From positions 1 through 34,950 of the IMG/VR virus record IMGVR_UViG_3300044940_000186: a stretch of 34,950 bases of DNA. One strand, given 5' to 3'. Below, one piece after another: positions 6,795-16,681 of this stretch (position 1 is its first letter; the number at the start of each line of letters is the position of its first letter). The position numbers were made by a program, and so were the translations under genes. This DNA is from a virus (lineage: Duplodnaviria; Caudoviricetes). Under the pieces are notes generated by a model. It searched no databases and had not been told where the DNA came from. It saw only the letters and a list, made by a program, of their open reading frames with translations.

Positions 6795-9700
6795 TAGAAT
6801 CTATAGACTAACCTTTTAGTACCATCAGCTAAAGACTCCTCCCCTTTAATAGCAATGTCATTATTAAGAGCTGCCATTTCAATTTTCTCACTTCCTATCA
6901 TGTCTCTTAGAAGTTTAGCCTCTCTTAATCTTCTTGGCATTAACTCTGGATTCTTTGACCAGTTTCTAGGATTCTCTAGTCTATCAGCAATAACATCCCA
7001 CCTTCCAGATAAAGCAGCTCTCCATATCTTAGGAGCTGCCGACTTAAGATTAGCTCCTAAGTTATATCCTAGTGATAATAGAACGGCTCTAGCAGGTGCA
7101 GGGATATCCTTAATCTCTACTCCTGTTTCTGCTTTGTATGCGTTATTTATCTTATCTACAGTTTCTTGTTTAAAAGCTTTTGATAAGTTTAGTGCTTCCT
7201 CTTCTGATAATTCTAAAGGATTGTTCTTAAGTACGTCCTTAGCAGAAGAGCCTCTTTTGCCGATATAAGGGGCAATTTTAGCAATAACATCCTCCTTAAT
7301 TCCTAGATCTCTTAATTGAGAAATAGAAGTATCTGATAAGTTAACGCCTTCTCCTATCGTAATCCTCTCTCCGTCTCTTGCAGTGTCTAAATATGCCTTA
7401 GTTCTAAAGCCCTCTTGTTGGGATAGAAACTCATCTTCCAGTTCCTTCTTAGATTCTCCACCTAAGAACTTATAACTAAAAGTAGGTAAAGGCTCATCAG
7501 CTCTTATGGCTTTAATAGCCTTGGCTTTTTTAATAGGGTCAGATGATAATCTCTTATCTAGCAATGCCTCTGCTCTAACCTTTTCTTCGGGATCAACAAT
7601 GGCTCCATTAATTAAAGAAGTAAATCCGGGAATAGGACTTGGTTCAAATAACTCTGGCTTAGCCCTAGCTAGTAACATAACTCCACGTTTCTGATCTTCT
7701 TCAGTAGCCGACATTAGAGCAGAGATTTCTTGAGCCTCTTGCTCTGGTATCCCTAACATCGCTAGGTCTTTCCCAACCATGTACTGCATAACAGCGGTAG
7801 TATTACGAGCAATTTTTTCAGTTTGCTGTTCATCTTGAACTCCCTCCTCTACTTGGTCAGGTATATTCGTTTGTTGAAGATAAAACTGATTAGTATCCAC
7901 TCCATCAACTAATGGGTCTGCAATAGGCTCTGAGGATAGAATATCCGCCTGTGGAGCTAAAATGTCTGTGACTCCACCTAATTGCATAGCCTCCTCTACT
8001 GGGTTAACAAGAGACGCCCCTGCTGCTCTTGAAGCTGAGGTTAGTGTGCCCCCTTCGAGTTTGTTTACCCCAGCTATCCCTCTAAGGACATCAAGTCCTA
8101 TGTCTTTATTTGCAGTATAGCTAATGGCTTCATCCGCAGGTGATCTTGTAGCTCCCGGGAAAAGTGATTGCAAAATTCCCCTAGTTCCGCTCCTAACCGC
8201 CCCAGAGACAGGAGCCATTGCTTGGTCAATAATAGAAGGCCCTACGACCCCTTTAGCAACTTTTGTAGTTAACCTCTTTGTTTCAGATGCTTGAGTTTTT
8301 AACCCTCCCTGTAAGGCATCTTCCATTTGAAATAAAACTCTAATATTGTCGGTGGCTTCATCATACTTCGCAGCATTATACTTTATTCCTCGAAAAACCC
8401 CAGTAGAAGAAGATATAGCATTATTAAGGGATGCCTTAACCGCATCATCAACAGAAGTGGCTATCTCATCTAATATAGCAGCTAGCTGATTAGCTCTTCC
8501 AGTTAAAACTGAGTCTCCCATGTTAACTCGCTCAAAGCTTCTAATGGAGTTTCTTAATCCCCGAATAGTTACCCCTGCCTCCATCGCCTCATCAACAGGG
8601 ATTGAATTCTTTAATTTCTCAATAGCCGTTAACGACTCGTCTCCAACTTTAAATTGTTTTAGACTTTCCATTAGTGATTGTAACTGGTCTAAAGCACTAT
8701 CGAGGGTTTCTCTTGTTATCCTCATTTGAGATGGAATAGCTGCTCCTGTTTTATTTGCAATACTAATCGTTACATCATCGACTATAGGAGCAACTCTAGC
8801 TCCTGTCTTACTAGCAACCCTAGCTACGTCTTTTAATCTTTCCGCTGCTATTTTTGACCTAAGTTTAACTACCTTTTCTATCGTTTCTCCGACGGTTTTA
8901 GTGTTTCTAAGAGAAGGTGAATTTAATAGCTCAACAGCTCTTTGCCCAACTTTAGTAACGCCATCTCTTAAGGTTTTTGATAACCCCTCAATATTTCCAC
9001 CAAGATAACCAGCAACTTCAGAGGTATCTCCGCTCTTTAAGTTCTTAGCTGTCTGCTTTAATAGAGAAGTTGCTCTCTTTTCTGATCCGTATGCTTTGAC
9101 TAAGTTAGAAGCTGGTTTAGGGGTAATTCCGCTCAAAGAGGACAAACCTGCCTCAACGGCTCCTTCTAATGTCGGCATCTCTCCTTTTAGAGTAGTAGAT
9201 AACAGGTTTTCCTTTCTATAATCAGAAAGAGTATCAGAAAAATCCTTCTCTGATTTTCCTGTAAGGACATCAACTCCAGCCGCCGCAATATCTCCAAGTT
9301 CAGGAGCACCAAGAGCCGCAGCTGTCATAGCAAAAGGTCTTCCAACTGGAGTTAATCCAGCTAACCCTCCAGCCGCACTCCCTACTGCCCTAGCCCCCAC
9401 AGAAAGAGCTTCCCTACCTCTATATTTAAGGTCTTCCAATGTTGCTTTAATAGGGGAAGAGTCCATTGCGGATTCATAATCTTTAAATAGCCTAGAGTCT
9501 TCTATTTTAGATATTTGACTTGATAGGTCAGACTGAGTTCCGATGCTTTCTTGTAAATTTAAAACCTTTGCAGTTAAGTCTAAAGGAATATCATCAGGAG
9601 TACTAGCATTTAACACTGACAACAACTCATCCTCTGAAAGATAGTCATAAGGATTTAAACTTGGTGAGCTTACTGTATCTGTCATTGTTTCCTTACCCAT
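6794..9700 (-). CDS. Large internal virion (ejection) protein with C-terminal lysozyme (pesticin/T4-lysozyme-like) domain
   Basis: 968 aa, Ala/Gly-rich and helical. C-terminal 'QQEGFRTKAYLD....ITIGEGVNL...LLSLGYNLG...RRLREA'. Last of the internal-protein cluster. Confidence 0.8.
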   Translation of the reverse strand: MGKETMTDTVSSPSLNPYDYLSEDELLSVLNASTPDDIPLDLTAKVLNLQESIGTQSDLSSQISKIEDSRLFKDYESAMDSSPIKATLEDLKYRGREALSVGARAVGSAAGGLAGLTPVGRPFAMTAAALGAPELGDIAAAGVDVLTGKSEKDFSDTLSDYRKENLLSTTLKGEMPTLEGAVEAGLSSLSGITPKPASNLVKAYGSEKRATSLLKQTAKNLKSGDTSEVAGYLGGNIEGLSKTLRDGVTKVGQRAVELLNSPSLRNTKTVGETIEKVVKLRSKIAAERLKDVARVASKTGARVAPIVDDVTISIANKTGAAIPSQMRITRETLDSALDQLQSLMESLKQFKVGDESLTAIEKLKNSIPVDEAMEAGVTIRGLRNSIRSFERVNMGDSVLTGRANQLAAILDEIATSVDDAVKASLNNAISSSTGVFRGIKYNAAKYDEATDNIRVLFQMEDALQGGLKTQASETKRLTTKVAKGVVGPSIIDQAMAPVSGAVRSGTRGILQSLFPGATRSPADEAISYTANKDIGLDVLRGIAGVNKLEGGTLTSASRAAGASLVNPVEEAMQLGGVTDILAPQADILSSEPIADPLVDGVDTNQFYLQQTNIPDQVEEGVQDEQQTEKIARNTTAVMQYMVGKDLAMLGIPEQEAQEISALMSATEEDQKRGVMLLARAKPELFEPSPIPGFTSLINGAIVDPEEKVRAEALLDKRLSSDPIKKAKAIKAIRADEPLPTFSYKFLGGESKKELEDEFLSQQEGFRTKAYLDTARDGERITIGEGVNLSDTSISQLRDLGIKEDVIAKIAPYIGKRGSSAKDVLKNNPLELSEEEALNLSKAFKQETVDKINNAYKAETGVEIKDIPAPARAVLLSLGYNLGANLKSAAPKIWRAALSGRWDVIADRLENPRNWSKNPELMPRRLREAKLLRDMIGSEKIEMAALNNDIAIKGEESLADGTKRLVYRF

Positions 9701-10953
9701 ACACCTTGTGCATTTTTAATTAATCCTCTTTTTAAACCTGACTCTTGAAGCAACCCAGCATTTGGAAGACCAGATGACGTTACTGCTTCTATTGGCTCCC
9801 CTGTAATGGGATCAAAATTCTTAAATCTAGTGAATATAGTGGGCTTGCCATCCACATCAGAGAACTTCAATCCAGCGGATCTCCCTGTAGCTTCTAGTCT
9901 GTTAGTTAAGTTCGATCCAAAAGCCCTCCACATTTTATCAGGGTCAGAAGAATTCATCGCTTGGTCAAATAACCTTTTAAGGTTTTGGATTGTTAAGTTT
10001 TGTATTGTTGGAATTTGTGGAACGGGAATTCCTGCCGACGTTAATAGCTCTTCTAACGCAGTAAAAGCAGCTCCGTTGTTGTTAACGTCCTTCATTATAT
10101 TAACAAGATTTGAATAAACAGTTGCCTGTTCTGTCCCACTTAGCTTCCCCCAACCCTTATCCACTACTTGAGATACTAACTTTAAAGCTCTCCCAAACGC
10201 AGGTAGAGTTTGCTTGGCAACCGTCTCATCTTTAATCGACGGAGGAATTATGATTTGCTTAGTTGATCCATCAGGAAGTTTCTCAGTCTCATATCGAGAG
10301 TAAAGAACACCATTCTCCTTATCTTCAAGTCTTTTTGCTGCTAAGCTAGCGTCTCTTTGACTAGTCTCAAAACTAACCTCAGTGGCTCGCTCCTTTGCCC
10401 CTTCTCTAAACTTACGAGCCTCCTCATCTCTGTCCATTTGAGCCTTCCTAGCAAGGTCTTGTCTCTCTCTTAAAGCCTTTTCTCTTGCTTCCATTCTTAA
10501 CGCTTGCTCTATAGAGCCTAGCCCTTGCTGTTCTATTTTAGCAGCATCAATAGCATTTTTAATTCTCTCTCCTCTAAATTGCAAAGCTCCCTGACCGCCA
10601 AGAGTAGCCCCTATCCCTAAGCCCTTCTTGCCCCCAGCAGCTAGTCCCAACAACGCAGGAACAAGAGCCGTAAGAGCTGACTCTATAGCATCATTTTGAG
10701 TTACTGTTGGATTTCTAACTTGCTCTGCTAGTGCTTTCCTTCTCTCATCAAGACGAGTTAAAGCATCTAATGGAATCGATCCAGCTCCAACGGAATCTAT
10801 TAGCGTATCCTCTACGCTTGTCCCATCTAAACTAGGAGTCGGTGTATCCATGTAACCTGAATCTATCTCAGGAACTGGAGTATGAGACCTATCAGCAACT
10901 GCTCTATTTACCGCAGAAATAAAATCATCATCTTCATAATCAGGTGTTGCCAT
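9682..10953 (-). CDS. Internal virion/ejection protein
   Basis: Gly/Ala hydrophobic patch plus charged coiled coil. Lies after the nozzle gene. Confidence 0.6.
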   Translation of the reverse strand: MATPDYEDDDFISAVNRAVADRSHTPVPEIDSGYMDTPTPSLDGTSVEDTLIDSVGAGSIPLDALTRLDERRKALAEQVRNPTVTQNDAIESALTALVPALLGLAAGGKKGLGIGATLGGQGALQFRGERIKNAIDAAKIEQQGLGSIEQALRMEAREKALRERQDLARKAQMDRDEEARKFREGAKERATEVSFETSQRDASLAAKRLEDKENGVLYSRYETEKLPDGSTKQIIIPPSIKDETVAKQTLPAFGRALKLVSQVVDKGWGKLSGTEQATVYSNLVNIMKDVNNNGAAFTALEELLTSAGIPVPQIPTIQNLTIQNLKRLFDQAMNSSDPDKMWRAFGSNLTNRLEATGRSAGLKFSDVDGKPTIFTRFKNFDPITGEPIEAVTSSGLPNAGLLQESGLKRGLIKNAQGVWVRKQ

Positions 10954-10962
10954 AGCTATTCC

Positions 10963-11961
10963 TTATTTATACATTTTATTTAATTGTTGTTGATAAATAT
11001 TAAGACCTTGCTGCCCTTGCTTAATCTGCTCTCTTCCTAGTAGAGCATTAATTCTCATATTCTCCTGAGCTAGTGCATTTGCTCTTTCATTACCAACTAG
11101 CCCTGCTTGAATACCAGCTCCTCCTAGTATCGTTTGAGTTTGATTTAATGCTCTATTAGTTCCTTGGTTAATATTAAAAGTCTCTCTATCAATATCTCTT
11201 CCCACCTGATTATTAAGTTGATTAGCTAAAAGCCCAGAAGCTTGAAGCCTTTGCTGTCCTTCTCTACCCTCGAGAGTATTAACAAAATTCCCAAAATTCT
11301 GCAAAGCTTGTTGCTTAATGCCATAGTTTTGTAAAGTTAAGTCCTGCTCTAAGTTCCCCTGAGCCTTTCCTCTAGCTGATTGTAATAATGCTTGTTGAGC
11401 ACCAGCGGCTCCCCCTCTTACTCCACTACGAGCAGCATTAACCTTAGCCTGAGCCATTTGGTTTTGGAATTGACTATCAAGCTCTCTTCTTGCTGTTTCT
11501 CTTAGAGCCATTCCTTCTTGAGAATTTAACCCTTCAAGCCCCGATCTAAATCTCTCCATTGCCAAAGTAGAGTCAGCACTTCTAGTGCCAGCGTTCTCAT
11601 ATTCTCCTCTGAGTAAGTCTATTGCTTCAGTTTCCTCTGCTGTTCTGTCGGTAGAGATCCTCCCAAAGGCATCTGGATCTTCTAAGTCTTTTGCTAGGTT
11701 CTTTCCAAAGTTAATAGAATCTTCTGCTTGTCTTGAGACTTCTGTTTTTAATTTGCTATCATTTGGTTGCTTTACTGTTAGCTCTTTATTTAGCTTTTGT
11801 TCTGAGGAAATAGTTTTAGTAGGAGTCTTGGTTGTATTAGTTTTAGTAGGAGTACTAGTTGTGCCACCGGCTTTCTTTAAAGCCTCCGCTGAGGTTTTAG
11901 CCTTTATTATCTTACCGTTAACCTTATAAACACCCGGCGATTGTCTAATTGCTGTTGCCAT
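10963..11961 (-). CDS. Internal virion/ejection protein
   Basis: Q/N/A-rich helical protein with 'AARSGVRGGAAGAQQALL', typical of podovirus DNA-transfer proteins. Confidence 0.65.
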   Translation of the reverse strand: MATAIRQSPGVYKVNGKIIKAKTSAEALKKAGGTTSTPTKTNTTKTPTKTISSEQKLNKELTVKQPNDSKLKTEVSRQAEDSINFGKNLAKDLEDPDAFGRISTDRTAEETEAIDLLRGEYENAGTRSADSTLAMERFRSGLEGLNSQEGMALRETARRELDSQFQNQMAQAKVNAARSGVRGGAAGAQQALLQSARGKAQGNLEQDLTLQNYGIKQQALQNFGNFVNTLEGREGQQRLQASGLLANQLNNQVGRDIDRETFNINQGTNRALNQTQTILGGAGIQAGLVGNERANALAQENMRINALLGREQIKQGQQGLNIYQQQLNKMYK

Positions 11962-11966
11962 TTTAT

Positions 11967-12458
11967 CTAACTCCTACTTATCTTTTTACTATTATACAAG
12001 AGTCTCCCTCTTACTACACAAGATACAGAAACTCCTATTGCAGTTGGAAGAAAAACCGAAAAATAAATGCTATCAAATTCTTTAACTACAGGGGCTAATT
12101 CTCTGGCGCTAGTTCTTACATAAGCTGTACCAAGAAATGCTGTCTTATTATCATCAATAAAAGGTCTGTCTTCTGGTGGCAAGAAACTAATAGAATCAAC
12201 ACTACCAGAAGCTCCGACAAAAGAAATATCAAACAATATTTCAACTTCTCCTGTTTCTGGAATGTCTCTCCATTTCAAAAACTCCACTCTGGTTATTGTG
12301 GCAGTTCCTCCAGTAAAAACAAAAGAAGAATCATACTCGGTAAAGGGTCTTGGTTCCTTCTGCTCCTTATCTCTCCTCCTCAACTCAACAGCCCACTGTT
12401 GTAAGGTTTGGATTGGAGATCGTAGTAAGGGATAATTGTAAGTTAGTTTTTGTGTCAT
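11967..12458 (-). CDS. Putative tail-associated protein
   Basis: Beta-rich 163 aa, coupled (TAATG) to the nozzle gene. Confidence 0.55.
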   Translation of the reverse strand: MTQKLTYNYPLLRSPIQTLQQWAVELRRRDKEQKEPRPFTEYDSSFVFTGGTATITRVEFLKWRDIPETGEVEILFDISFVGASGSVDSISFLPPEDRPFIDDNKTAFLGTAYVRTSARELAPVVKEFDSIYFSVFLPTAIGVSVSCVVRGRLLYNSKKISRS

Positions 12459-15421
12459 TAGAAACTATTACCTCCTCCACCACCACCTGAGCTAACAGGT
12501 GCTCCTCTTGGTGCAACACCAGCTCTTTTGCCATCAGTTCCAAATTGAGCATCATATATAATCTCTATTCCACTAATAAAGATATTCTCATTAATACCCT
12601 CGTTTCTTACCTCAACGGCAATGCTTCTAGCTCTCTGGTCTCTAATATTTAATTCAACAAACGGTAAAGTATCAAAAATTGCAGTAATAGTACTGTGCTT
12701 AGCTTGAGGATAAGAGCTATTAGTTACCCAATCCATATAACAAGATATTTGAATAGATTCCCCTATTGCAGTTGTGTCAACTGGGACATAAGCAGAACCA
12801 GTTAAATAATCAGCAGGGACTCTCCAGATAAGAATTTTCTGGAACAACTTAAACATTGATGGCTCCCCAAGGGAGTCAAAGCTAGTAAACAATCTAAAAG
12901 GAATAGCAAGCCCTGTATCATTAAATGGAAGAGCATCGGTTCTCTTTTTTAATCTAATAGCATTCCCTGACCCTAGCAGTGTTTTAAAATTATTATAGGT
13001 AATAACAGAAGGAGAGTTCGGCTCTTTAGTCCCGCATCGAGATATCCCATAGAGCTGACCCTTATGCATAACCATTCCACCGGTTAAGTCTAAATTAGAA
13101 GTACCAGTGTTCCACTGTAACCACTTCCCTCTTTCATAGTTTAGAACGAAAGTCTCTGAGGCTCTTCCAAGAGAATAAGCTCCACTTTGAACTATAGTTG
13201 GAATACTTAAAATATACTGAGAATTTATATAATCATTAATCCCTGTTGCCCTTTGATAGTCTAGATCCGATCTTCCTCTAATAACTGGAGAGATATTACC
13301 AACAGACTTAGAGTCAAGAACGCCCCCTAGAACGCCAACCACCCCATTAGACCCCATACCCATAATAACGCCATCCACCTTAGCAATGCTCCGCTGAGAA
13401 GATATTCCATAATCGCCCTCCTTAATAACTCGAACAGAAACCGCCTTAGTCGCTAAATCCCCATCCAGTGAATAATAAGCCCTATCCTTAAAAAGAGCCA
13501 AAGAATTGTCATTGTCAGATACTCCTGCTGTTAAGTTACCAACTATCGTAGAAGGAACATCTATGGAGTTAAAAGCCCTAGGAAAATACTCAACTCCATC
13601 AATACCTGACCAATACACAGTATTAGGCTCGATGTTACTTCCTAGTGAAACTAAATTACCCTGATGAGAGCATATCTTACCAATAATAGGAGTAGGTTCA
13701 TGCTCTTCTCCGGGTAATGGCTCTATATACTCTATAGTTAAATTTGAATCTGAAGTTGTATCAACCGTAACAACTAACTGTGTTTTGTAAATCGGATGTT
13801 CAGATTGCTTGTAAAATATCTGTCCAAATTGTTTAGTTCTATAGATTCTAATGAAAAACCCTGTACTTGCCCTCTGTCCAGCGACAACAGATAGGCTATT
13901 ATCTATTGTTATAGTTGAAGGGCTTACTGTAAAGTCAATGTCAAGAATCTTTCTGCTAACAGTAGGCGAAGTGTAAATAGTGTCTCCTATTGTTACGTTA
14001 GGGTAGGTACCAGTAAGTGCTCCTCTAACATTCAATACTGTCCCAGTTTGAGTTGTTGTAAAGACTACTCCCCTTACGTCATAAAGCTCTAATCCACAAT
14101 CTAACCAAGCAACTGGCAGTGGATTTATTGTTATTGTAGTACCTCCTCCAGTCCCTCCGGTATTATTTGTTTGCACAGTTGAAGGAACAGACTCCCACTC
14201 AACCCCATTATCATCGTAATAAATATAAGTCCAGAAGTAAGAAAAATTTCCATTAGCATTATGTGGAGAGATGCTCGAAGGGGAAAAACCAGAAATAGTG
14301 TTAGGACGTGGAAGCCCAGCTCTATATGTGGCTTCTTTATCATAGGATAGTAGTTGACCCGGAGGGTTTACTTCTGCGTTAACAAAGCCCGGACTCTGAT
14401 AATTATCAAAATAAGGAAGAGCAAAGTAGTTTTTATCATTAAGGTTAAGTCCCTGTACTGAGGGGATTTGACCAGTTGAAATTCCACTGTAGTTCTCAAG
14501 AAGACCAGTATATCCAAATAGCACACTTTCAAAAATTCCAGCAAAGGTAGAAGAGGGGAGAGTGATAACATTATCTTGTCGATCTGCATGAATACCAGAA
14601 GGGACACCATCCCAAAAATAAAATGGAATGATATGTGAAGCTGAGGGAGAGCCAGCCGTGTCAAAATTAGCAGAAGATAAAAACCCAACGCAAGAACCAA
14701 TTGGATCATTTTCATCGTAGGTACATTTTATATTTCTAACTAATTCAATATCCCCAGAAACATCTCTTGAGGCTAAAAAATATTCCAAGAATCCTGTTTC
14801 TCTATTGTATGCAGTATACTTTCTTCCTACTTGCATTGTCCCAATATTAGCATTGAATTCTAAAGTTAGAGGTCCAATACCGGATGGCATATTTGTCCCA
14901 GTAGCTGTTAAGACGGTTCCGGGCTTACTTAACGAGACAATGTAAAACCCAGTTCCCAGCAAACCAAGACACAAGTCGCCAATAGTCCCAATAGGATAAT
15001 TCTGGCTAGATTCCGACTCGGTATAAGTATAAGTATACTCAGGTAAAATACCTCCATTAGGATAAAACAAGATAGAGATGTCTTCTCCGGAAGTTTGCTT
15101 CTCTATGGAAAAAGTTCCAGAGGTTCTACTTATGGTAAGGTTACACTCGGTAAATCTAAAAAGGTGACATCCAAACCCTAGTAATTCCTCTTTTGTCTCT
15201 CCAGTGGTCTTGTCTAAATAAACATAATTATCTATCCCTAAATGAAGACCAACTCCACCAATAACCTCAAAGCCAGCACGCTTTTGAATTCCCGAAGTTT
15301 CTACATAAGTAGCATTTTGAGCAGCTTTTAGAAACTCAGCAGGTTTTTTTAAGTCGGTAGTAGTAAAATCTAATCCAACAAAATCGTCCTCTATTATTTT
15401 CAAGCTACTCTTTTGTCCCAC
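12458..15421 (-). CDS. Tail nozzle/DNA-stabilisation protein (T7 gp12/P22 gp10-like)
   Basis: 987 aa with GTG start. Motifs 'FVGLD...AQNA...GIQKRAG', 'NTVYWSGIDGVEYFP', 'YGISSQRSI'. Follows the adaptor gene. Confidence 0.75.
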   Translation of the reverse strand: MGQKSSLKIIEDDFVGLDFTTTDLKKPAEFLKAAQNATYVETSGIQKRAGFEVIGGVGLHLGIDNYVYLDKTTGETKEELLGFGCHLFRFTECNLTISRTSGTFSIEKQTSGEDISILFYPNGGILPEYTYTYTESESSQNYPIGTIGDLCLGLLGTGFYIVSLSKPGTVLTATGTNMPSGIGPLTLEFNANIGTMQVGRKYTAYNRETGFLEYFLASRDVSGDIELVRNIKCTYDENDPIGSCVGFLSSANFDTAGSPSASHIIPFYFWDGVPSGIHADRQDNVITLPSSTFAGIFESVLFGYTGLLENYSGISTGQIPSVQGLNLNDKNYFALPYFDNYQSPGFVNAEVNPPGQLLSYDKEATYRAGLPRPNTISGFSPSSISPHNANGNFSYFWTYIYYDDNGVEWESVPSTVQTNNTGGTGGGTTITINPLPVAWLDCGLELYDVRGVVFTTTQTGTVLNVRGALTGTYPNVTIGDTIYTSPTVSRKILDIDFTVSPSTITIDNSLSVVAGQRASTGFFIRIYRTKQFGQIFYKQSEHPIYKTQLVVTVDTTSDSNLTIEYIEPLPGEEHEPTPIIGKICSHQGNLVSLGSNIEPNTVYWSGIDGVEYFPRAFNSIDVPSTIVGNLTAGVSDNDNSLALFKDRAYYSLDGDLATKAVSVRVIKEGDYGISSQRSIAKVDGVIMGMGSNGVVGVLGGVLDSKSVGNISPVIRGRSDLDYQRATGINDYINSQYILSIPTIVQSGAYSLGRASETFVLNYERGKWLQWNTGTSNLDLTGGMVMHKGQLYGISRCGTKEPNSPSVITYNNFKTLLGSGNAIRLKKRTDALPFNDTGLAIPFRLFTSFDSLGEPSMFKLFQKILIWRVPADYLTGSAYVPVDTTAIGESIQISCYMDWVTNSSYPQAKHSTITAIFDTLPFVELNIRDQRARSIAVEVRNEGINENIFISGIEIIYDAQFGTDGKRAGVAPRGAPVSSGGGGGGNSF

Positions 15422-16348
15422 TTAAATAATGCTCCAATCTAAGACAGGGATGCCATAAACATCCTCAGTTGGTTGAGCATAGCCAGAAAGAATTAAAGAC
15501 AACATTTCTTTAAGCTCTACATCTTCTGATATCATTGAGTTTGCAACATCTTTAGTTAGCATTCTTTTTTGCAAGTATGTAGATATATACCTCTCACAAG
15601 CCTTTGGTAATTGAGGAACTTGAGTTGAATTACTCCCAAAAGTAATAACAGACAACCCATTATCAAAATCAGCAGAAGGGACTAGATTGTCTCGATAAGA
15701 ATTTAAAGGGGCAACTAAATTTATCTTAGAGCTAGTTACAGGAGGTACTGCAATTTCACAATTTCTAAAAATCAATCTCCCGAATCTATCTGCTATGTTG
15801 CAATAATAAACCCCACTAGGGACAGCAGGTGTGGTTGTACAAGTTATTTCAGGGAGACCTACGTTAGCAACACTTGATATATCAACATTAAAAGAAACCT
15901 CGGTAAGACTATCTAAAGTATAATAATAAACTATTTTAATAGTTGCAGAGGTTGTTAATGGTATAGGGTTTAGATAAACCACTCCATTAGCTCTAATATA
16001 AAAAGAAGGATTAGTGGCAGTCCTCTGGTCTCTTTCTACCAAGGTTCTTGGAGGTAATCTAAAGTAATCCCTCTCTTGTCCAGTTTGAGAATAAAAAACA
16101 GAAATAATTCTATTCCCACCAAAAGCATCACTTGGGATAGAATAAGCCTCTTGTCCTCCTACTAAGCTAATAATAACTTCTTTAGTAAACTCTTGAGGAT
16201 ATTGATTAACAATAGCCGCTTGAAGTTGCTCTTGAGCTTCGTTTAAAAACTTTAAACACAAAGATTGAGAAATTCCACTAGTAGCACTATAGGAAGTGTT
16301 GTTAGTAAACTCTCTGGCTTCTGATATTATCTGAGCAACTGATTTCAT
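15422..16348 (-). CDS. Head-tail adaptor (T7 gp11/P22 gp4-like)
   Basis: 'AQIISEAR...LKFLNEAQ...LVGGQEAYSIPSD...YLNPIP...IVYY' is a typical adaptor pattern. Confidence 0.75.
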   Translation of the reverse strand: MKSVAQIISEAREFTNNTSYSATSGISQSLCLKFLNEAQEQLQAAIVNQYPQEFTKEVIISLVGGQEAYSIPSDAFGGNRIISVFYSQTGQERDYFRLPPRTLVERDQRTATNPSFYIRANGVVYLNPIPLTTSATIKIVYYYTLDSLTEVSFNVDISSVANVGLPEITCTTTPAVPSGVYYCNIADRFGRLIFRNCEIAVPPVTSSKINLVAPLNSYRDNLVPSADFDNGLSVITFGSNSTQVPQLPKACERYISTYLQKRMLTKDVANSMISEDVELKEMLSLILSGYAQPTEDVYGIPVLDWSII

Positions 16349-16350
16349 TA

Positions 16351-16677
16351 TTAACTAAACTTTCTTTTTAAAGATATAATTAAAGCTTTTTTACCTAATG
16401 GCATTTTATCAAATTTCTTTTCCTCGTCCTCTTCTACTTTTCTTTCTCCATAAGTCTTTTGCCCCATTTTAGCATGGTCAACAAAAGCCTCATCTCCATC
16501 TTCATAAGCTTCTTCTCTTTGCTCATCAGCCTCTTGGCTTATCTTATCCAAGTCTGACTCCTCATCATAACCCATGGCGTAACTCATTTCTTTCATGGCA
16601 CTGGCAGCCTCCATTAAAGAACAAGCTAAGTCATATAATTCTTTAGGATCTTGCCCTCCTGATTTCATTGTTTTCAT
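16351..16677 (-). CDS. Hypothetical acidic protein
   Basis: 108 aa, D/E-rich, in the late gene series with AGGA RBS. Confidence 0.7.
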   Translation of the reverse strand: MKTMKSGGQDPKELYDLACSLMEAASAMKEMSYAMGYDEESDLDKISQEADEQREEAYEDGDEAFVDHAKMGQKTYGERKVEEDEEKKFDKMPLGKKALIISLKRKFS

Positions 16678-16681
16678 ATCT

